From Octopus sinensis (taxonomy: Eukaryota), in assembly GCF_006345805.1 (NCBI RefSeq), contig NC_042999.1, forward strand, positions 141,236,001 through 141,300,000: 64,000 nt of DNA, in the 5' to 3' direction. This document shows, one piece after another, positions 38,359-52,135 of this stretch. The first letter of the stretch is position 1. Each line of letters opens with the position of its first letter. The translations under genes and the position numbers were made by a program. Under the pieces are notes generated by a model. It was not told the DNA's origin. It ran no database searches and was given only the letters and a program-made list of their open reading frames with translations.

Positions 38359-38453
38359 TGTTTACCAAGACTGTCAGTGATCATCACTGTTTAACTGAAA
38401 TGCCATCTTTCTCTAGAGAACAACTCCAAGAGACAATGATAAATTTATTAAAG
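38359..38453 (+). CDS. DCP1: DCP1 exon, first half of C-terminal trimerization domain (FSREQLQETMINLLK)
   Basis: ttcattag|TG TTT...TTA AAG|gtatgg; 95 nt, phase 1 to 0; matches DCP1 'xQLQ(D/E)TLIHLIK'. Confidence 0.92.
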
Positions 38454-38536
38454 GTATGGAGGTACTTACTATGCTGCTTATATGCATCAACTTTTCTTTA
38501 TGATATTGTTTATTTCCTAAAGAGCAACAATACGAT

Positions 38537-38955
38537 TACTCTTTACTCTTTTTACTCTTTTTATTTGTTTCAGTCATTTGACTGCGGCCATGCTAGAGCA
38601 CTGCCTTTTAATCGAGCAACTCAACCCCAGGACTTATTTTTTTGTAAGCCCAGTACTTATTCTATCGGTCTCTTTTGCCGAACTGCTAAGTAACGGGGCC
38701 ATAAGCACACCAGCATCAGTTGTCAAGCAATGCTAGGGGGACAAACACAGACACACAAACATACACACGCATATATATATATACATATATACGACGGGCT
38801 TCTTTCAGTTTCCATCTACCAAATCCACTCACAAGGCTTTGGTTGGCCCGAAGCTATAGTAGAAGACACTTGCCCAAGATGCCACGCAGTGGGACTGAAC
38901 CCGGAACCATGTGGTTGGTAAACAAGCTACTTACCACACAGCCACTCCTGTGCCT
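38537..38955 (-). mobile_element. Full-length tRNA-derived SINE (family O) in last DCP1 intron
   Basis: A/B boxes (tggctgtgtggtaag; ggttcagtccc), internal microsatellite, tail ...cagtcaaatgactgaaac + (aaagagta)n; relatives near 1-210, 480-630, 14400-14790, 23070-23205, 24305-24470, 56215-56360, 57070-57225. Confidence 0.88.
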
Positions 38956-39947
38956 ATAAATGAAGATTGAAGGAGATCTTTTACACATTTCCTAAAATTC
39001 AATAACTTATCTTTTCTTATGGCTGAGTCAAAGATAAAAGGACAATGGCTGCAACCTCTGCTGGGTCTCCAAGACTAGTGGGGAAAAGGGAATAGAACCA
39101 ATGACTTGTCAGATATGGTTCATGTTGGGCTTCTGCACAGTTTCCACAAATTTCTCTCTCAAAGCTTGGAGTTGAACCTAGAACCACATGAGTGTGATGT
39201 GAACTTCTTGATTACATAACCTTGCCTGTGAAAATGTAAAAAACAATTATGCAATATACACTTGTTAAGAGAACATGACATTTTCATTCCTTCCGCCTAT
39301 CAATATTGATTTTTTTTTTTATATGTAGATACAAAGCCAATTGTATTGTACTTATTGCAAGGCACATTACATTAATTCCTTCAGTGCTTGTTGCTATTTT
39401 TGTATTTTTACCATTTTAGATGAAATTTTCTATGCTAACATGGAATTTTTGACATTTACATATTGTTGGAGCAATTGCTTTTATAGCTGGTTGCTTTCTA
39501 TCACTAGCCACTCAACTGTGGAGTAAGAGTGGAACATGTTAATCAGGTATGCTGAAATGCCCAGAGCAATGCATCTTACTTAATGGCACAACATGTAAGC
39601 TAGTAGTCATTGAAAACAATACTACAACATGGCAACATTTGGCTGACTGGATGAAATTAGTCAAAAATATTTTGTACTTTAACCTCACAGATATTGTACT
39701 TTTCATTTGCTTAAAAGAAAATAGTCATCATTCTCTACTTCATGATAGAAAGCCATGCCTGTATTTAAAGAAAAATATATTTAGTTTTTATATGTAGATT
39801 TCAGAATCAATTCTAATCTTTCTGGAATGGGAAAAAGGAAAATAATATTAAATTTTTAAAGGAAATAAAATATGAATTAGTTTAGTTTTGTTTTTTGTTT
39901 TTTGAATTGCAAATTAATTATTCTTTTCTTTTCTTTTCTTTTCATAG

Positions 39948-40028
39948 AATGACTCTGGCTTTCTAAACAAAATTCACCAAGCCTATCTTCTAAGTCTGAA
40001 AGCTGAATTATCAAACCCACGAACATGA
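39948..40028 (+). CDS. DCP1: DCP1 terminal coding exon (NDSGFLNKIHQAYLLSLKAELSNPRT*)
   Basis: Long pyrimidine tract ttcatag|AAT GAC TCT...ACA TGA; matches DCP1 C-terminus 'NDxxFLxxLHxxYL'. Confidence 0.93.
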   Translation, partial: NDSGFLNKIHQAYLLSLKAELSNPRT

Positions 40029-40044
40029 GATCCTTGTGCAATTC

Positions 40045-40050
40045 AATAAA
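40045..40050 (+). terminator. Candidate proximal polyadenylation signal of DCP1
   Basis: AATAAA 16 nt after the stop; other AATAAA near 40216 and 41098; the sequence is AT-rich so the site actually used is unknown. Confidence 0.3.
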
Positions 40051-41669
40051 AGTCTTTGAAGTTGCTAATTTCCTTACCAGTTAAAAACATTGCTAAAGTG
40101 ACCAAAAGATCTTTGGTGCTTCACCTTCCCTCTCCTTCTTAACCACTTTGAAGTAAAGTACAAACAGATTCCTGAAGACTTATTGAAAATACCTTGATTT
40201 ATCAATGTGACTATGAATAAAAATAGGGACATCTGAGATAATTTCCTTTTAATAGTGATAATGCTGATAATCTTTATGATAAACTTCTTTTGGTAATGAC
40301 AATATAAAAGAAGAATTTTTGTTGCTATAAGAAACCTCATAGTAATAATATTCTGTTAATATAGCTAATTATCTTTTGATAGTTACAAAGTTGCAGTGAT
40401 ATTTTTTCAGAGATAATCTTACATTGATTATCACCTGGTTATTACAATGATAATAGTGATATTCTGTTCATAATAGAAATAATCTCATAGCAATACTCTT
40501 TCAGCTAGTAGTGATATGTTTTTATATAATATTCTCTCATTAGAGATAATTTTATATCTATAATCTTCTATAGAGAGTTCATATCTAACAGTGAACAGTT
40601 ACGATAGAAGTTCTTTCCAGCTTATTTACTATCACACAACCGCAACCAGGATACCTATCAAACACCTTATTCTGAATCTATATACTAGAATCAAAACATA
40701 GCTGAAAGTTCCCTTTATAGTCACTTAATTGAAAGAGGAACAATGGTCGTTAGCCTTATTTCCAGTTGTTTTATTTATTCATTTATTGCATTAGCTATGT
40801 TTATTTATGAGATGATGTAAAGGGTGGTGGAGTGATAATATCCTACAGATGTATAATTTATTGACTATTATCTCTCACTATATTTCTGTTGTGATAAACT
40901 AATTGATCCAAGGGACTCGTAACACCCCGCGCGCGTGTGTGTGTGTTTGTGTACTTTTTTATTAATCTTTTTCTTACATAGATATAAAACTACATGTTTC
41001 ACACTATTTTACTGCTTTTACTATTAAACTTTCTGTGATTGCAGAAATTTTAGCAGCATTGTTGATGTCAGCATCACTATTCACCCAGGGCCAATACAAT
41101 AAAGTACCAATATAAAACTGGGTTCAATATAACAGCTGTGTCATCTCCCCACAAAATATGTGGACTTGTGCCTATGTCAGTAGTCATCATCGCCAGCCTC
41201 GTCTGGCACCTGTGTCGGTGGCACATAAAAACACCATCCGAGCGTGGCCGTTCGCCAGCCTCGTCTGGCACCTGTGTCGGTGGCACATAAAATCACCCAC
41301 TACACTCTCGGAGTGGTTGGCGTTAGGAAGGGCATCCAGCTGTAGAAACACTGCCAGATCTGACTGGCCTGGTGCAGCCTTCGGGCTCCCCAGACCCCAG
41401 TTGAACCGTCCAACCCATGCTAGCATGGAAAGCGGACGTTAAATGATGATGATGATGATGATGATGATGATTAAAAAAAACATTCAGGGTACCAAACAAA
41501 AACAGCACAATTGAATGTAATATGATTGCATTTTTTTTCCTACAATCTATCGTCATGACTATGACTGTTCATGGCTTAGTCATGACTAAGCTTTCTCCAT
41601 ACTGGTCAGTTTTTCACTTGAATTTGCTATTTATTATGATCAATTCCTTTCTACTCCATATTTCTTTTT

Positions 41670-43680
41670 GCAGTATCTTTGGATCTCAGTCTAGGTTTTC
41701 CATGGTTTCCTTTCTCCTTCTCCTTGCATAGTTTGGAGTAAAGGAGTTGTCTACTATTGTCCATCCTGTATAGATGTCCCAACCAATGTAAATTTCTATC
41801 AATGAGGATTCCATCATGGGAGGCAAACTTGCATGCTGGAAGATCTCTTCATTCTTGACCTTGTCAGGGTGATATTCACAATTTGTCATAGCTGTATCAT
41901 CGTACATGCATGTAACTTGTCTACTTGAGCTTTAAAGACTGTCCAGATTTCAAATCCATACAGTAGGGAAGAAAGCACTATAACTGAGTTGGTGAACTTT
42001 CAAGGACATCCGTGTATCTTAAGAACTATTCAAAATCTATCATGGGATACTGTGCCAAAAGCTTTTGTGAAGTCAATGAACACTGTATATATAGGCATGT
42101 TCTGTTCAATGCATTATTTTCTGAATTTGGCAAAGACAGAAGATCATGTCCACAATGCTTCTGTCACCATGGAAGCTACACTATGTCTCGGGTAAGACAT
42201 TTAGATAGACATGCCTATTTAGTCTGTTTATTAGAATACAAGCCATGATCTTCCTAGCTATTGATAGAAAAGATATTCCTTGGTAGTTTCCACAGCCCAC
42301 TCTACAGCCTTTTTTGAAGACAGTAACAATGCCTGCATCTTTCTAGTCTTGTGGAACTGTTTCCATCTCCTAGATCTGAAGAACACTGCTATACAGGCTT
42401 TCAATAAGCTTCACACTTCCATGCTTCTAGGTTTCAATGACATGCCACATCTGCTGGGTGCTTTACCTTCTTTCATTTGTTCAATTACATCATTAAATTC
42501 CTTGTAAACAGATTCATCATCTAAGAATTGGATGGTGGCTTTTGTGTAACTTTCCTGAAGGCAGTACAGTCCACAACACCTGAAATATTAAGCAGGCTAT
42601 CAAAGTGATTGGCAAATCTATCAAGAGTCTCTGATTTTTCCTGGAGTACTGTTTTGCCATAAAAAATTATGAGTTTTGTTGTACCGCTCCTCTCTGTAGC
42701 CTGTATACCTTTTGAAGGCTTTCATGTCATTTTTACCAGCATGATGCTGTAGCTCTTCAGCTTTGGCCTCCCACCGATCTGATTTCAGTTTCCTAGTATA
42801 TTGTTGCAGCATCCTTCTTGCTTCCGCCAGGTTTCTCTGTTTGATCTTGTGTTATAATTCCTCTGCCTTGCCTTTGCAATGTTCTTTTTCCTCTAGCAGG
42901 AGCTGTAGTTATATGCCATTCTTGTTGAATCAATCTTTGCTTCCTGAAGACAAAAGCAACCTTTGATTCAATCATGTAGTAATCAGTAGAGCAGTCTGCA
43001 CCTCCAAGACATCATTCTGATATCTTCGCTGGTTGATTATCTAGTCTAGCAAGTCCCAATGCTTGGAGCAAGGGTGCATCCAAATAGTCTTTTGATGGTC
43101 TTTGTGTTTGGAGACAGTGTTTGTAATTACTAGGTTGAACTCAGAGCAGAGGGTTAAAAGAAGCTCAACATTTAAATTGCACTTTCCTCCTTCACGTTTA
43201 ACTATCACACCAGGCCATCAGTCTGCATCTCTCCCTACTCTTGCATTGAGATCTCCTGCAATTATCAGCTTGTCTCTGTATGGAACTTTGCACAGTACCT
43301 TTCACAGCTTAGTATAGAATTCTTTCATTTCCAGAGGGTTAATCATTGTGAGTACATAGACACTGACAATTGTGGCATAGACCTTTTTGTGGAGTGGCAG
43401 TCTTATTGTTGTGCTCCTTTCATTAACTGTTGTTGGGTCTTTCTCAAGTTGTAGAGAGATGGAGATCCTCATTGCAAGACCAACACCAGCTGCCCTCCAT
43501 TCTTCCTTCATCCTACTCCAGAAGCATGTATAAGTGATCTACCATGCTGTTATATCCTGATAATCATGTTTTACACAAAGCCACAATGTCAGTGTTGTAT
43601 CTACCTAATTATTTTGCTATTAGAGCAGTCTGATGTGCAAGTTCTTTAGATCTTGTTTTATCTAGCATTCTATTTGGTGA
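41670..43680 (-). mobile_element. Decayed RTE/BovB-like LINE (endonuclease + RT)
   Basis: AAGVGLAM...NERSTTIRLPL...ATIVSVY, IIAGDLNARVG, WMHP.SKHW.LLD, MPIYTVFIDFTKAFGTV. Confidence 0.85.
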
Positions 43681-43934
43681 TATTAACTTTTTCCTGCATC
43701 CTATGTTACTCTACACTGGCTGCTGAAGCAGGACCTTGTTTACTTGGGAAATGTCTGAGCCAGTATGGGAATCTTTTGCCTTTGTCAGTTTACCACAGAA
43801 CTGCTTTGAAAATCATGAAGTGAAACTTGTTTTTGCAATTAGTTAGTATCACCGTCTTTGTACAACACTAATATTGTCCAGTGGGCAAGGACAGGCCAAG
43901 ACATGTTGGCTTCTGTCTCATATTGCAGTTGCTG

Positions 43935-44260
43935 TGAAGGCATTTGGCTTAGTGATTAGGATATTCAGCTCACAATCATAAGGGCATATGTTTGATTCCT
44001 GGCAGCATGTTGTGTCTTTGGGTAAGACACTTTATTTCATATTCTCCAGTCCACTCAACTGACAAAAATGAGTTTTACCTGTATTTCAAAGAGCCTGCCT
44101 TGTCACATTCTGTGTCATGCTGAATCTTCCTAAGAACTATATTAAGGGTATGCATGTCTGTGGAGTTCTCAGCCACTTGCATGTTAATTTCAAGAGTTGG
44201 TTGTTCTGTTGTTCAAATCAAATGGAACACTCCTCATTGTAACCAATGGAGTGTCAGTTT
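43935..44260 (+). mobile_element. tRNA-derived SINE (third family)
   Basis: tggcttagtgattagg A-box, gtttgattcc B-box, ttgtgtctttgggtaagacacttta core. Confidence 0.65.
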
Positions 44261-44313
44261 TGTGTTGTGATTGCTTATAAAATTATATAAATCTATTTAT
44301 AAAGATACATATA

Positions 44314-44384
<71 letters not shown>

Positions 44385-44779
44385 ATCTATTGTGTGTGCA
44401 TGTAATATAGATATATAATATAAATAATGCACAGACACATATTATAAAGTAGATTAATAAATGTCACCACTAACAAAAAGAATGAAAAATGTCATGTCGG
44501 GAAGGCCTGGCTGTTTGCTTATGGAGTTCCACACAGCTATGCCTGTATATATTTGCATGTGTATGTATATATTGCATATATTGTATGTGTGTATGTATAT
44601 ATTTGTATGTAGGAATATGTGTGTGTCATTAGGTGTATGCACTTATATATAATACCAACTTGTAGCATTATATATAATGCCAACTTGTATGCACTTATAT
44701 ATAATGCCAGTAGTCCAACTTGTGCCAGCATGGAATAAGGCCATTAAATTATGAAGATGATATATGTATGTATGCATTA

Positions 44780-46250
44780 TCATCATCATCATCCAACATC
44801 TATTGTCCATGCTGGCATGGGTTGGATGGTTTGACCAGGGCTGGCAAGCTGGAAGGCTGCACCAGACTCCAGTCTGATTTGGTATGATTTCTACAGCTGG
44901 ATGCCCTTCTTAACGCCAACCACTCCAAGAGTGTAATGGGTGCTTTTACATGCCACTGGCACAGGTGGCATTTGTGTGACACCAGAATTTGCCATGACTG
45001 CGATTTTGCTCAGCTTGATGGGTCTTCTTCTCAAGCACAACATAATACCAAAGGTCTCGTTCATTGCCTCCATGAGGCCCAACACTCGAAAGGAGCTCAG
45101 CCACTTTGCCTCTGTGAGGCCCAACACTCAAAAGGTGCTTTTTACATGCCACTGGCACAGGTGCCAGTTACATGACACCAGCATCAGCCATGACTACAAA
45201 TTCACTTGGCTTGACAGGTCTTCTCAAGCACAGCATATTGCCAAAGGTATCAGTCACCAGTCATTGCCTCTGTGAGGCCCAAAGTTTGAAGATCATGTTT
45301 CAGTACCTTGTCCCATGTCTTCTTGGAGCTACCTCTATCACAGGTTCTCTCCACAGTTAGAGATTGGCACTTCTTTACACAGCTGTTCTCATCCATGACC
45401 ATACCAGTGCCTCTCTTGCACACTGCATCTGATGCCTCTTATGCCTAACTTTTCTCTCAAGATACTACACTCTGTTGAACATGCACACCAACATTGCACA
45501 TCCAGCAAAGCATACTAGCTTCGTTTCTTTCAAGCCTACACATGTCCTCGGCTGTCACAGCCCATTTTTCACTGCCACGTAGCATAGCTGTTCATGCACA
45601 GGCATTATACAATCTGTCTTTCACTCTGAGGGAGAGGCCTTTTGTTGCCAGTAGAAGTAGGAGCTCTCTGAACTTTGCCCAGCCTATTCTTATCCTCACA
45701 ACTATACTCTCGGAGCATCTACCTCCACTACAAACTTGGTCACCTAGATAACAGAAGCTATCTACTACCTCTAGCTTACCCCACTGGTAGTTGATGGAGT
45801 CTATTTTCTGTACATTTTTGGTGTTTATTGTACCTGTGTATCTTCCACGTGCAAAAGCTATTGTCTCTCTTAACCTTCCTCTAATATTGCTGCACCTTTT
45901 ATGTGTCCAAAGCTTACACAAGGTGCATCTTATGGAGTTTCTACCTATGCCCTTTCTACAGATTGAGCAGAGCCATCTACCTGAAGGGATTTGTGATTTG
46001 TCTACCTTCCTACTTTGTTTTTTGCTATGTTAACTCTAAGGCCCTTCGATTCTAGACTTTGCTTCCATACCTGGAACTTCTCTAGTTTTGATAGCAATTC
46101 AGCTATAAGAGCAAGGTCATCAGCATTGAGGAGCTCCTAGGGGCAGCCTGTCATAAATTCCTCTGTTGCCTGGAGAACTATGATGAATAAAAGGGGGATT
46201 AGGACCAATCTTTGGTGAACCCCTACTTGTATCCTGAATTCTTCGCTGTA
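44780..46250 (-). mobile_element. RTE-like LINE 3' part (RT + 3' UTR with internal tandem repeats + ATG tail)
   Basis: VGVHQ..VL.PLLFIIVL, ELLNADDLALIAE, LEVVDSFCYLGD...RIRIGWAKFRELL...RLYNAC. Confidence 0.9.
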
Positions 46251-47216
46251 CATGTATGTATATATATGTACATGTGTATATGTATGCATTTCCTTATATC
46301 TTAATATAACATATTTTGACCAGACATGGTGATGGCGTGTTTATGTTGTATATAAGCAATACATCTAGTAGCTCTGCATTTTGTGAGGACAAATGAAATT
46401 AAAATCCCTTACTTCAACGACAGTTTAAGGTTAGTGACAGAAAGAGCATCCAGCTATAAAATACTGCCTTGCATAAGTTTTCACTGAAGCCATGCAAGCA
46501 TGACATAAAAACAAACACAGAAGGAAATGAATGAAAAACATGTGTGAATGTATTCACACATACATAGCTGTATTAAACAACCACAAAGAATACATTATAT
46601 CCTGGTCCAAGTTCAGAGCTATTGCCCTCTTAACACAATACATGCATGCAAACATACATACATAGATGCATGCATTCATGCATAGTTAACAAAATTGATT
46701 GTGATTTTTTCCCCATAACATATGATCAATGTTTTTTAACTGAAAACAGTTCATTAAAGCAAACCAAATCATATCTGATCCAAGATTTTTTTCAAATGGA
46801 AATATTTATTTAAAACAAAGATATGTCATATCATTTTAAATATATATATATTTGTGTGTGTGTGTATATGTGTGTGTGCGTGTGTGTAATACTCATCTAT
46901 TTAGAAATAATGTATCTAACATTATTTGACCAAATATATAAAGATAATAAAAAGCAAATCTATATTGGTAAAAGCACACATATGGGTATACTCAAGATTC
47001 ATTCTTTTTATTTATACTCGCATGCATACATACTTACATACACACTTACATATCCATACATTAGTGTGTGTGTGTAAGAGAGAGAGGGAGAGAGAGAGAA
47101 GGAGATCTTTACTTCGCACATCTCTTCTCTGTAAAAGAAAAAAGATAAAGAAGAAAGAAATGGAAATCTTTGAATTTGATCTAATGTTCTTTAAGTATTT
47201 ATTTTTGTAAATAAAT

Positions 47217-47249
<33 letters not shown>

Positions 47250-48699
47250 GAAATCAATGTTGTATGTTGTTTTTTTAACTTTTTTTATTAACAACTGTCA
47301 CTTTGGGAAAGCAGTTTTAATGAAAAACAAATAAAAACTACACAGTCAATAAGTTAACTTCAGAACTAAATATTTTTTCATCCAGCTCTCTCCCAATTCC
47401 TTCATCATGCTACTATTCTTAGTTCAGATTCCCATAAAATATAATTTGCTTCCCTACATTTCTGGTATCTCTTATGATAATCATTAATAAAAGCACCAGT
47501 AAGATCAGTTAGGTCAGTGCTGTACCAGATAACATAATTTTAGCAGTACTCTATAAATTAATCAGCATTGTCAACAGCTGTGGCAATCACTCATCGTCAA
47601 GGTTGTCTTTCATTGTTATGGATATCACCTAAATGGTAGAGTGCCATACAGAGTTATTCGTAGTGTATGGATTTGACCCAATCTGTTCTGGGTTCAAACT
47701 GTGCTACAGTTGACTTTGCATTTCAACACACCATTATCGATTAAATAAGCACCTGTCTTTTATTAAAGTTGGTTCAACCAATTATTCATTTCCTCCTCCC
47801 CAGTATGTATAGATACTGAATATTATATATAAACCTCTGCCTCAGTGTAGATGACAAGACAATGTGGTAACAAGACACATAACTCCATTTGTCTTTTCTT
47901 TGCAAACAAGTTCAATATTTACTTTGCAACTGAGTGGTTCACAATAAAAGTGGCCTCAAGTTGAAAAATAGTTATTCTACCACTGTGCAAATGTATAAAT
48001 TTGAGAAAAAAATGCCATCCATCCAAACACATTTTGAACTTGGAATACAAAACTGGGGACCTAAACAGTATGAAACAATACTTTACCCTTTCAGTCCTAT
48101 TACTATTATACATTTATAGTGTGCAATTATAATTATGTTAGATCTTACACTAAACTTTTTTGTTATTAAAATCTGTATGATTAGAATTTTTAATGAGTTA
48201 CAGTTTACAAGATTAGAATGATGATAACAAAGACATACTGTTTGGAAAAAAAAAGCATTATTCAGAACATTATTTTTTTATGTTTTAACCCAGAGATAAA
48301 AGGTAGTGAAATTTTAATAAAATGATTATCATTTTTAGTGAAAAGTTCAAATGGGGAAATTTGTTGTGCACTAGAAATAGCCATCAGTTATCATTTTAGT
48401 AGATACATAAGAAGCCAGTTTCATTTAGGAAGGACATTCAACCAGTAAAACTAAGCCAAAATCAAGACAGCTGCTAATATAGTGAAAAATGCTAACAGCA
48501 TTTACAAGACTAATGCTTACTAAGTTAGTACTGTGAACAACAGTGGGGATGGGAATAAAAACATTGCCATACGCAAGAAATCCTTAACCATCACAACCAA
48601 CTAATTGTTTTCTTCCAGATGCAGAAAATCAACTTCAAAGAACAAATGACCCACCACGGGAAATCCTTTTTTTTTTTTTTTTGTCTGGTAAAAAGAATT

Positions 48700-49500
48700 T
48701 TATAACTACCACTATCAATGTTGGTGTAATGAAAAATACATCTGGAAAAATTTTAGAGATGTTAGAGCAGAGGTAAGTAGGTGTTTGTTGTATACAAGAG
48801 GAAAGCTGGAGGGAATAGATTCTTCCATGTAGTGGTGAATGAACAGGGCAGAGAAATAAATAAAATAATTAAGGTAGTCAGAGTATGTTATAGAATAAAG
48901 TTAGACTTATTTATGAATAATGTGGCTGCAACTATTGTTTCTGCTTATGTACCACAATCAGGACCAAGAGATTATCAAAATGCCATTTCTATGAAACCTT
49001 CTAACAAACCACCTCTCCATGTATACTCCAGGATACATAGAAGATACAAATATAGTACAAATAAGAAGAAATTAAAGTTCCTGAGATTCTGTGGTGCATA
49101 TTGCCAAGCCATCTGCAAACAACCAGCCAAACTGGGGAACATACTTATCATATAGATTTCATACTCATCAGGAAATAAGATAGACCTAGTTTTGAATAAT
49201 AGGAGGTACCTCCTACAAAAAGAAAGTATGGCTAACATAGACTAGTGGTCAGTGTTGTCAGAATTAGAGTTAGACAAATCCTGAAACAGGAGAAAGAAAA
49301 TAGAGAAACTGAAAGACCTTTCTGCTAAACATAGTTTCAGAGAAGTTCTCAGAGATTTGTGTGACAAGAAGATCAATACAGAAACAATGGGAGTTACTAT
49401 GAAACAGTTTGCTGCAATCCACAAAACCAGAAGCAAAGTCTCAGCCAGAACGAAGCAGACAAGATGGTGAAATGGTACAGAAGATATACTTATAAAAGCT
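48700..49500 (+). mobile_element. Decayed RTE endonuclease fragment
   Basis: VVRVCYRIKL...ATIVSAYVPQSG; parallels the element at 17712-19150. Confidence 0.65.
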
Positions 49501-50779
49501 AAAAGACTGAATGGGTCTCTTACAATCTTTTTACTTTTTCTCTTTATTTTTCTATTTAACATTTTGTTTATATGAGAAAAGTCAACTTTCAGAACTGTAT
49601 ATCAACAAAACAATTTATTCATTTCAAAATGTTGTTAATGTTTAGAGCAGTATGGTGTATCACCCTATGGTATATTGTATACCTATTCATAGCCTAGTGA
49701 ACAAAGATGAACTAATATACAAAACCAACAAGATTGTCACATGTGGAATATCTTTGACAATAGGTTTACTCAGTCAGGAGAGACCTGGAGTTTAACAACA
49801 ATAAAACAAGTGGTGTAACCTGGTTTTTGTGTGTTCTGACAGCAATATCTATGACAACACTGATACCAAGTTGCAATGACTTTAGTCAGCAGCCTTTCCT
49901 TTGAGCAACATCAGTGTCGTGAAAACTTGCCTCATACAGTGGCAACTGCCAGTCTTCCTCAGAAAACCTTGTAAAGACCTGCACATGTGCAGATGTATGG
50001 TTAATGTTGACCTGTGATAAGAGTAACTATTTTTTGAAAATTTAGATATTTACCTTGATAAACTGCACACATTACATGATATAAAAAGGTTTGTGTTAGG
50101 AAATGCATCCAGCCATATCTAAATTGGAATGTACAAGTGAGATGTGGTCCTCAACACATATAGGAATGTTGTATTTTTAAAGAACTGATTCAGATTATGA
50201 TGACCTATCCAACTCATGTCAGCAAAGAAGACAGATGTAAAATGATTGTGGAGATGATGGTGATGGTAACAGAAGTGATGGTAGCAGTGGTGACAGCAAG
50301 GAGGAGGTATTTTGCTGGAGAGAATTCCTGTCAGACAACATACAAAAATTATAAGTATTTTATAATTGATTCTATTCATTTTACCAATATGTGAAATTAG
50401 TAATGTCTATTGCAACACAAGCCATAATTACTGTAGGTTCAAGATTCTGAGAGCTATTGCACTAACTTTACTTCTTTAACCATTTTGTTCTTTACCTGAG
50501 CAAGGCAAACTGCTTCCATTTATTCTTCATGGTTGCATGATTAAAAAAAGGTGTTCCTTTGACAAAAACAATTACTCTAACAATCGTTCCTGCATTGCAT
50601 CCCTCAGAAATTTTCCTCCCCTTTTTTCCATGTTTTATCCACAAACATCAGCTTATCCCCACCACCTAAAATTGTTGGCCATGTGTCTAAACCATGAATA
50701 AATATTTAAAATAGTAACCCAGAAAAACCTTTATTGGGAAGCAGCGATATGTTTATATATGTCTACTTACATATTTACA

Positions 50780-52135
50780 TACAGATACTGACAAATAGAA
50801 ACTTAAAGAACATTGTTAAATCTTTTCATAAAAATATTTATTAAAAACTTTTAAAAAATCGATCATTTAGTAACTAAAAATTTGTAAAATATTTACCTTA
50901 AATGTTCTTCAAGTTATGGTCAATGTCAGTCCTTGTTCCATTCAGAATATCTTAGAAGCTAAATATCTTTAGGAAGTATACTTGATGATCAGAAGACTAA
51001 CCAAATTATAACAGTGCATATATGAACTGCATAATTTCAGCTTTAAACTATGCAGTAAACCTACGCAATATCAGAATAGGGCAGTTGCATTCTTGTATAC
51101 TTCCTGATTAATTCTGGTAAAATAAAGAATTGAGAAAGAAATCATCGGGTAACATGAATAAGTACAAAAAGTAGGATTTATATTGAAATACTGAAGTATA
51201 CTATGAGCATTCATGAATTTAAACTTAGTCATACTTGGCAAAGGGCTTTATCCGAAAAGATTATTTTGTGTGTGAAAGACACAATTCTTTTACATATCTG
51301 AATAACTTGTTAGTCCTTGAAAGAGCATCCATCAATCATTCATTTTAACTACTGCTGTTGTAATAAAATGACCTCCTTTTATTACTTCTACATATCAATA
51401 TATTCTAGTTGGTCCTTCTAGCTTACCAAATTGCACAATCCACAAGTTTTTGAGCCAGTATCAAGCACATTAATCACTGTTCTATAATACAAGTTGAACT
51501 ATCTCTTCTTTAATATCCATGACATCAATGTCCAACCCTTCTGTCATTTAATTTTAAACAGTTGAAGTTATTTCTATATCGTAAAAAACTAATCTTCTGG
51601 CAAGTAAAATCTGTGGTAAAGGTTTCACACCTGATAAATTCATTTCTGTTCACATGTTTTCATACTGGTGATGCTAGGTTTGCATGTTCTTCATACACTG
51701 CAACAGACTAACCTTATTCTGATAATTTCATATGAATACATAAAAATATCATTTTCTTGTGAATAAGTACCTGGCTCAATATTTGTAGACATAAAAGGAA
51801 AAGGACCATAAACAGAAGTGAAGTAAAATTACTCTAAGCACAAATTGAAATGTCACAGATTACTCAAGAGGCTTACCTTCAGACAAACATTTTCATAGAT
51901 AAAATATTTCAGAAACTGTAGGATGTCTGTGTTTTTCCTAAAAGTATTACTATCATAAAAAAAGTGAAATTGTGATATCATCTCATCAAAGTCCAGCCTA
52001 TATTTCACAGAAAATAAAACCAGGGCCCAAAATGTCCCAACTTGTCTGGATTAGTAAATATCATTTCGTAAAAGTTCACAAATTTGAGTAAGTTTGTATG
52101 CTAGATGGAGACAAAAAACAGTGACTGTGTACAAT
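50780..52135 (-). pseudogene. Decayed intronless coding sequence of unknown origin
   Basis: Long runs of one reading frame with sparse stops in microsatellite-free sequence; no confident homology call. Confidence 0.4.

Noticed and set aside
38860-38955. tRNA gene candidates (A/B boxes; also 53558, 43940, 21830)
   Set aside because: tRNA-derived SINE heads continuous with SINE bodies; no proper cloverleaf
41185-41295. Direct repeats with short spacers, superficially CRISPR-like (also 44940-45290)
   Set aside because: Internal tandem duplications of the RTE 3' UTR in a eukaryotic genome; no cas genes or regular unique spacers
51878-51938. Apparent minus-strand exon (ttttag...AAG|gtaag; KNTDILQFLKYFIYENVCLK)
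   Set aside because: The same frame continues through both putative splice sites and no partner exons were found; treated as part of the decayed ORF
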